DNA of 64,000 bases from a virus (lineage: Duplodnaviria > Caudoviricetes), in IMG/VR virus record IMGVR_UViG_3300025450_000002, positions 1,738 to 65,737 of that record; one strand, written 5' to 3'. The translations under genes were made by a program, and so were the position numbers. Position 1 is the stretch's first letter, and each line of letters begins with the position of its first letter. Below are positions 58,076 through 64,000 of the stretch, in pieces. The notes beneath the pieces were generated by a model that did not search any database, was not told where the DNA came from, and worked only from the letters and a program-made list of their open reading frames with translations.

Positions 58076-58468
58076 TTAAGCGTGTATTGCAACGTAGTAT
58101 TCTGCTGGATCGTAAAAATTATTTGTATATGAAACATAAGCAACACTTAATTGAGTAGTACTTTTTAATCCTGAAGCGCCAACAGTTCCACTACCATATA
58201 TTTGTGCAAAGACTGCTCCATTCGCTGAACCATACATAGGGCAAGCCACAACTGGAGCGTAGTTAGCATTGGGCATTGCTGTTGAGAAATTAACAGTATA
58301 ATTTCCTGTGCTATTACGAGTTACAGAACTAACATTAAAAGTTGAAACAGTTGCTCCTGTTGTCCCATTAAAATATACCCAAGCCTTTGCAATACCACTC
58401 ATTCCATTATTAGTAGATAGTGGTCCTGAACTTGCGTTTAATGTATCAATTACTAATGTACCTGCCAT
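58076..58468 (-). CDS. Tail-fibre tip/adhesin-like protein, paralog A
   Basis: MAGTL...AKAWVYF...NVSSVT...FSTAMPNANY. Confidence 0.65.
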   Translation of the reverse strand: MAGTLVIDTLNASSGPLSTNNGMSGIAKAWVYFNGTTGATVSTFNVSSVTRNSTGNYTVNFSTAMPNANYAPVVACPMYGSANGAVFAQIYGSGTVGASGLKSTTQLSVAYVSYTNNFYDPAEYYVAIHA

Positions 58469-58477
58469 AATTTTTCC

Positions 58478-60322
58478 TTAGTTAATTACCCAACGTGAAC
58501 CGTCTGGGATGGTTACTATTACACCGTCTGCTACTGTTATAGGTCCTGCTGATTCACCATTATTACCTGATGTCATTGTATAGTTACTTGTGATGGTTTG
58601 TCCATTTTCATAGACACATCCATTAGCTAATGGAGTTGCTCCAGTAATCCAAGAAAAAGCTGAGCCGTTATAGTATAAAACTGTATTAGCTGACGGAGCA
58701 GCAATAAACCCTGTAGCATTTACTCCTGTTTGGTAAGGTATTTGTTTAGCTGCACCACCAGCTATATTTATTGAATAAGTAGCGTTTGTTGCATTTGTTG
58801 AGTTAGTAGCTGATCCTGCTGTTGTAGCAAAACTTACACTCTGTGAACCGATATTTGAAGATGTAATAAATGATCCACCAGATTGTGGGTTTGTTGCAGT
58901 TGTAGCATTTCCTGTAGTATTTTGGTTTAGTGTAGCAATATATGCGGGTTGGATTACTGAACCCTGCCAAGTACCAGTACTAATTGTTCCAAGAGTGGTT
59001 ATATTTGTTGAACCAGCAAGTGGTGAAGCACCAATAGTATTATAAGAAATAGTTACGTTTGCACTGTTGTTAAATGCTGTTCCTGAAGAAGCTCCTGAAC
59101 CACTACTATTAAAAGTTGCCGAATATGTTGTGCTTGAACTACCAGCAGCCGCCCAAGAAAAAGATGATCCATTCCAAGACAAATAAGTAACACCTGTAGT
59201 CGGTGCAGTAATAAATGATGTTGTTCCAGCGGTTGTTTGGTAAGGTATTTGATTAGATGAACCACTAGCTAAATTAGTTGATGTTGTAGCAGTTGTTGCA
59301 CTTCCTACAGATAAGGTTGATTGAGCTACATATTGTGGAGCACTTGCCCCAGCAGTAAGAACGTAGTTAGTTGTACCTAAACCTAATGTAGAAGTTGAGC
59401 CTGAACCTGTTTGATAGACAATAGAACCTGCAGCTCCGCCAGCAATATTAGTTGCCGTTGTTGCAGTAGTAGCGGTTGTTGCACTACCTACAGATAAGGT
59501 TGATTGGGCTACATATTGAGGTGCAGAAGCACCTGCTGTAAGAACATAATTAGTTGTACCTAAAGCTAAAAACCCTGTCGTATTAGCGCCTGTTTGGTAA
59601 GCTATTTGTCCTGCTGAACCGTTATTTAAGTTAGTTGCTTGTAATGAATTACCTACACTTAAAGTACCTTGAGAAACATATTGCGGTGCAGTAGATCCAG
59701 CAGTAAGAACATAACTAGATGTACCTAAAGCTAAAAATGAAGTATTACCAGAAGAGGTTTGATATGGTATATATCCAGTATTACCATTAGCTATATTAGT
59801 TGCTGTCGTAGCACTTGTAGCAGTTGCTGCATTTCCACCAATAGATAAACCTGCTGCTGTTCCAGTAAGTCCAGTTCCAGCGCCGCTAAATATACTTGCG
59901 GTAAATGTTCCAGATGTTGAATTAGAAGCTGGATAAAAATTTGTACCATCACAATAAACAATCATTGCAGATGCTGTAGATGTATACGGTATAGATACGG
60001 TAGCACCTGTGGTTGCGCCAATGGTAATGGCTACATTGGTTCTATTAATAACTACATAAAGTTTAGTAACTAGCGGAGCAACAATCTGATTAAATGATCC
60101 AGGAGAACCATTAGCAATGATAACCATCTTACGAGCTTCATCACTAGCATAATTAATATTGCTTAATGTATAGTTATTTGATCCGTTAAAAGTAATGCTT
60201 GATACACCAGCAATTGAATCGTCAATTAACTGCATGTTTGTATTTACAGAAGTACCCCAAGTACCTGACTGATCCCCAGTGTTTATTTCTTGTAGTAATA
60301 GACTAGTTGTAGGTGTAGACAT
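58478..60322 (-). CDS. Tail fibre protein with internal repeats
   Basis: GDQSGTWG anchor; repeated YQT...LGTTNYVLTAGASAPQYV units. Confidence 0.8.
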   Translation of the reverse strand: MSTPTTSLLLQEINTGDQSGTWGTSVNTNMQLIDDSIAGVSSITFNGSNNYTLSNINYASDEARKMVIIANGSPGSFNQIVAPLVTKLYVVINRTNVAITIGATTGATVSIPYTSTASAMIVYCDGTNFYPASNSTSGTFTASIFSGAGTGLTGTAAGLSIGGNAATATSATTATNIANGNTGYIPYQTSSGNTSFLALGTSSYVLTAGSTAPQYVSQGTLSVGNSLQATNLNNGSAGQIAYQTGANTTGFLALGTTNYVLTAGASAPQYVAQSTLSVGSATTATTATTATNIAGGAAGSIVYQTGSGSTSTLGLGTTNYVLTAGASAPQYVAQSTLSVGSATTATTSTNLASGSSNQIPYQTTAGTTSFITAPTTGVTYLSWNGSSFSWAAAGSSSTTYSATFNSSGSGASSGTAFNNSANVTISYNTIGASPLAGSTNITTLGTISTGTWQGSVIQPAYIATLNQNTTGNATTATNPQSGGSFITSSNIGSQSVSFATTAGSATNSTNATNATYSINIAGGAAKQIPYQTGVNATGFIAAPSANTVLYYNGSAFSWITGATPLANGCVYENGQTITSNYTMTSGNNGESAGPITVADGVIVTIPDGSRWVIN

Positions 60323-60330
60323 ACAAATCC

Positions 60331-61470
60331 TTATTGAGAATCATTAATCAAAGTCCATGCTGTTGATTGCGTATTGTTAATATTATCCCATGTTACTGTA
60401 CTACTATTATTAATAGCATTCCATGTTACTGTCTGATCATCATTAATTTTAACCCATCCTGTAACAATGTAAAGAGCTAATAAGTTAATATTTTCGGCAA
60501 TGTTTTCAAGAAAATTAGATTGTTGAGTACTAAAATCCGTTAAAGTTACATTTTCAGAAATAGTATCTAAAAACTGGGCAGTTATAGACTGTACAGAAGC
60601 AACCGCTGAATTCTCAATAATAGATAGTAAATATATAGAAACTATTGTTTCTACGTCTGCCATAGTCACAGCTTCAGCGATACTTGTAGAGTATTGAGCT
60701 GAGATTGACGAGCTATCGTTTACACCTATATTTTCAGTATCGGACACAGCAAAAGCAGCTTTTATTGTTTCAGCATCTGCTAAATTACTATTTTCACTAA
60801 TTGAATTCAAGAAAGTAGACTGCTGAGTACTAGAATCAGCTACAGTAATATTCTCGGTATCTGATACAGCAAACCCAGCTCCAATAGATTCGGTTTCAGC
60901 AGATGTAATTGGTTCAGTTCTAGTTTGCAAGAAAGTAGATTGTTGAGTGCTGGAATCGTCTGGATTAATGTTTTCAGTATCGCTAACCGCAAACTGAGCA
61001 GTAATTGAATCTGTTTCTGCCAAAGTAATGTTTTCAGTATCTGTAAAGTTAAAACTAGAGGCTTGACTATTAGAGTCAGCAATATTGACGTTCTCTGTAT
61101 CAGATTCTAAAGCCGCAAAGTATTGAGCACTAAAATCAGCCATAGTTACAGCTTCTGTGTCGCTTACTGCAAACTGCGCAGCAATACTAGGCGTATCTAA
61201 TTGCGTTAAGTTTTCTGAGATAGACTCTAAGAATGCAGATATTTGAGTGCTTGAATCCGCTATACCAGTGTTTTCAGTAACACTTCCATACAAGTTTTGT
61301 TGTTCTGCATCACCATTGTTCATGGTAATGTTATCGGTAAAACTAAACAAAAAAGCATCTAACTGCGTACTAGAATCGGCTAATCCTGAGTTTTCAGTAA
61401 TGGAAAACGTATATAGGGTTGTACCTAAGCCAGCGTAGGGTGCTTGCGCAAAGGTTGATATACCAAACAT
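60331..61470 (-). CDS. Acidic 20-aa-repeat virion protein
   Basis: [12 protein letters not shown]-terminus; about 16 repeats of SxxENxxxAD. Confidence 0.7.
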   Translation of the reverse strand: MFGISTFAQAPYAGLGTTLYTFSITENSGLADSSTQLDAFLFSFTDNITMNNGDAEQQNLYGSVTENTGIADSSTQISAFLESISENLTQLDTPSIAAQFAVSDTEAVTMADFSAQYFAALESDTENVNIADSNSQASSFNFTDTENITLAETDSITAQFAVSDTENINPDDSSTQQSTFLQTRTEPITSAETESIGAGFAVSDTENITVADSSTQQSTFLNSISENSNLADAETIKAAFAVSDTENIGVNDSSSISAQYSTSIAEAVTMADVETIVSIYLLSIIENSAVASVQSITAQFLDTISENVTLTDFSTQQSNFLENIAENINLLALYIVTGWVKINDDQTVTWNAINNSSTVTWDNINNTQSTAWTLINDSQ

Positions 61471-62015
61471 TATCTAAACCTCGGACCATTAACCCACATA
61501 GTTGCGCTATATCTTACGCCAGATTCAATGGGGATAACTCTATGTTCTAAGAATGATGGAAATGCGATAATAGAACCTTTTTCTAAAGGCGCTGTATAGT
61601 CTTGATATAACTTAAGTTGAAACTGCCCACCAGTAAATTCGCTTGGATCATTCATTAAACAAACTACTGTTATCTTTCTATCTATTGGTCTGCCAGATAA
61701 AGGAAACGTATCTACGTGCCAATGGTAATGTTGTTTTGGCCCATATTCTGCATATTGAACAGCTTCATGTCCTTTAGCATCAAAATCCCAGCCGCATTCT
61801 TTATTGGCAATCATGGCAAAGTTATACATCTTTAGACCAAACCAATTATCATCTTCAGCAAATGCAACTGTTGTATCTCTACCAACAACATCTAAGCTTT
61901 CCCCATCCGGACCCATTGTGGCTTTCTTAGTTTCAATCGCTTTAAATTCTTGGTTAGCCTTATTAATCTCTTCTTCAGGTACTCGTCCAAGATACCAAAT
62001 AGGGAGATGACTCAT
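61470..62015 (-). CDS. 2OG-Fe(II) oxygenase (prolyl-4-hydroxylase-like)
   Basis: YxWHVD...RKIT...FxGG...[19 protein letters not shown]. Confidence 0.9.
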   Translation of the reverse strand: MSHLPIWYLGRVPEEEINKANQEFKAIETKKATMGPDGESLDVVGRDTTVAFAEDDNWFGLKMYNFAMIANKECGWDFDAKGHEAVQYAEYGPKQHYHWHVDTFPLSGRPIDRKITVVCLMNDPSEFTGGQFQLKLYQDYTAPLEKGSIIAFPSFLEHRVIPIESGVRYSATMWVNGPRFR

Positions 62016-64000
62016 ACAATAACCGCCCTATAACCTGTAGCCACAGTTAAGGTAACGCCCGTGTTAATTGTCAAAGGTCCAGCTGCCATAGCGTTATAAC
62101 CTGTAATAGTTAAGTTAGACGATAAAGTATTTGCATTTTGGAAGAATGGTCCAGTAGAAGGTAATTGGTTTGGTCCAGCAGGTCCAGTTGGTCCTGTCGG
62201 CCCAGTTGGTCCAGTAGGTCCTGGGCTTCCAGTTGGTCCAGTTGGTCCGGGGCTACCTGTAGATCCAGTTGGTCCTGTGGGTCCTGTACTACCTGTCGGT
62301 CCAGCAGGAATACCAAAGTTAAATACAGCTGCACTAGATGTGCCTGAATTTGAAACTGTTGCTGGTGAACCAGCAGTAAGTGTACTTGTTGTACCTACAG
62401 AAATTGTAGCAGCAGTTCCGGGGCTTCCTGTTGGACCTGTTGGTCCGGGACTTCCAGTTGGTCCAGTTGGTCCGGGGCTACCTGTAGGTCCTGTTGGTCC
62501 GGTAGGACCAGTAGAAGATGCCCAAGCAAAAGTACTACCTGTCCACTGTAAATATGTACTTGCTACAGTAGGCGCAACAATAAATGATGATGCACTTGAG
62601 CCAGTATTGTATTGAATCTGATTGGCTGCGCCACCTGATTGGTTAGTTGCAGTTGTTGCTGTAGTAGCAGTGGCAGCGTTACCTCCAATAGACAAGCTTG
62701 ATGCTGTGCCTGTTAGACCTGTACCTGCGCCTGAGAATGAACCTGTTACGTTAAATACACCTGCATTTGTTAAAGTTGCTCTAGTGGTCATTGTTCCACT
62801 AGCAGAGCCATTTTCAGAACCAAAATACATGATTCCTGAACCATATACAATAGCACCATGAGAACCTGTACCCGAACCAATAACAATACCGGGCGCACTA
62901 AATCCTGATGTTGAGTCTGTTACTTGACCACCACCAAAACCTGCTACTGAAGATGGAGAAATAGCCGTTCCTTGTCCTGCCAAAACATATTGACTAAAGT
63001 TTCCTGTTGTTGCGCTAACAGAACCACCTGAAAGGTTTGTAGCAGTTGTAGCAGTTGTTGCTGTTCCACTTAAACTAGCAGTAATAGTACCTGCACTAAA
63101 ATTACCAGAACCGTCCCTAGCAACAATAGTTGATGCTGTGTTTGCGCTAGTGGCATTGGATGTTACTGTAAATGTTTGTGCAGAACTTCCGTTAAATGTT
63201 GCAGAACCCGATAAACCTGTACCCGAAGTTGCTAATGTTAAAGCGTTTGCTACCGATCCAGCAGAGCCTGTTGTGTTTTGGTTAAGCGTAGGAATATCAG
63301 CGGCTACGATTGCTCTGAATGTAGGAGCACCTGCCGCACCATTAGGAGCCGCCAAGAAATAGTTTGCTGTCTTAGATGCATACGGATTCTGTGTATCGCC
63401 ATAACCTGATGCAAGACTGATTGCAGGTGTATTACCACCTGAAGATACAACAGGAGAAGTGCCTGTAACAGATGTAACTGTACCGCCACTCGATGGGCTT
63501 GTGTTTGTAATAGTTATACCGCCAGCTGAGTTAGTAACAGATATCCCTGTACCAGCAGTTAAGGTTGTTCTAGTAAATCCTGTTCCATTCCCAATATCTA
63601 AAGCGCCGTTAGCTGGAGTTGTTGTTAATCCGGTTCCACCATTTGCTACTGCTAATGTACCTGTTGCTTGGTTTACAGGAACTGAAGTAGCGTTGGTTAA
63701 AACTATAGCACTAGGTGTGCCTAAGTTTGGAGTAGTTAATGTAGGTGATGTACTTAATACTACAGAGCCTGAGCCTGTTGTTGAATAAGATGTGCCCCAT
63801 GCACTACCTGTAGAGTTAGGTATACCTGCACCGGGATAAACCATAGGTGATGAGTTAGTAATCGTAACAGCGCCTGTGGCTCCTGATACAGAAATACCTG
63901 TGCCTGCAACGGCTGAAGTAACACCCGTGTTATTAATGGTTAATGTTCCTGAACCTGTAGTTGTGCTAATGCCCGTACCTGTACCTAATGAGGCTACAGT
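62012..64000 (-). CDS. Long tail fibre with collagen-like (G-P-T) segments, 5'-truncated
   Basis: Frame stays open from 63844 to window end; two GPT/GSP tracts near the C-terminus. Confidence 0.8.
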   Translation of the reverse strand, partial: TVASLGTGTGISTTTGSGTLTINNTGVTSAVAGTGISVSGATGAVTITNSSPMVYPGAGIPNSTGSAWGTSYSTTGSGSVVLSTSPTLTTPNLGTPSAIVLTNATSVPVNQATGTLAVANGGTGLTTTPANGALDIGNGTGFTRTTLTAGTGISVTNSAGGITITNTSPSSGGTVTSVTGTSPVVSSGGNTPAISLASGYGDTQNPYASKTANYFLAAPNGAAGAPTFRAIVAADIPTLNQNTTGSAGSVANALTLATSGTGLSGSATFNGSSAQTFTVTSNATSANTASTIVARDGSGNFSAGTITASLSGTATTATTATNLSGGSVSATTGNFSQYVLAGQGTAISPSSVAGFGGGQVTDSTSGFSAPGIVIGSGTGSHGAIVYGSGIMYFGSENGSASGTMTTRATLTNAGVFNVTGSFSGAGTGLTGTASSLSIGGNAATATTATTATNQSGGAANQIQYNTGSSASSFIVAPTVASTYLQWTGSTFAWASSTGPTGPTGPTGSPGPTGPTGSPGPTGPTGSPGTAATISVGTTSTLTAGSPATVSNSGTSSAAVFNFGIPAGPTGSTGPTGPTGSTGSPGPTGPTGSPGPTGPTGPTGPTGPAGPNQLPSTGPFFQNANTLSSNLTITGYNAMAAGPLTINTGVTLTVATGYRAVIV

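Noticed and set aside
57697-60322. Diversity-generating retroelement TR/VR pair
   Set aside because: No reverse transcriptase; differences between repeats are mostly synonymous, not adenine-specific.
393-63788. Many short antisense or nested ORFs in the supplied track
   Set aside because: They shadow longer genes with recognisable motifs and lack an RBS or operon fit.
1-64000. Integrase or lysogeny module, alternative genetic code, introns or inteins
   Set aside because: No recombinase recognised; ORFs tile densely under the standard code; TerL, polymerase and helicase are uninterrupted and of normal size.

Overview
The window is most of a lytic dsDNA tailed-phage genome of podovirus-like organisation, about 37-39% GC by eye, probably circularly permuted, with a probable proteobacterial host (inferred from IHF-consensus sites, sigma70-type promoters, GH108 lysin). 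The minus-strand late arm (1-15.7 kb and 40.9-64 kb) encodes TerS/TerL, portal, GroES, scaffold, a Mu gpT-like capsid with a Mu-gpT-DE-like RNA, small basic proteins, tail, ejection and fibre proteins, and lysis genes. The plus-strand arm (16.3-40.9 kb) carries early genes (AAA+/vWA pair and many small ORFs), then replication genes (family A DNA polymerase, Cas4-like nuclease, SNF2 helicase, SSB-like protein, primase-helicase). Main unexplained signals: (1) ten early genes share the extended ribosome-binding sequence (A)AGGAGAAGT, and a structured intergenic RNA at 34.2 kb presents its exact complement in a hairpin loop, suggesting a trans-acting anti-SD switch that silences early genes; (2) twelve TTCCAC-N6-GTGGAA palindromes confined to 16.9-30.4 kb, many inside coding sequence; (3) an iteron/IHF origin-like element bracketed by a perfect 19-bp inverted repeat; (4) a [MYFL]-x-x-G-G motif that delimits modules in small basic proteins and ejection proteins. 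All calls are by eye; no database searches were run.
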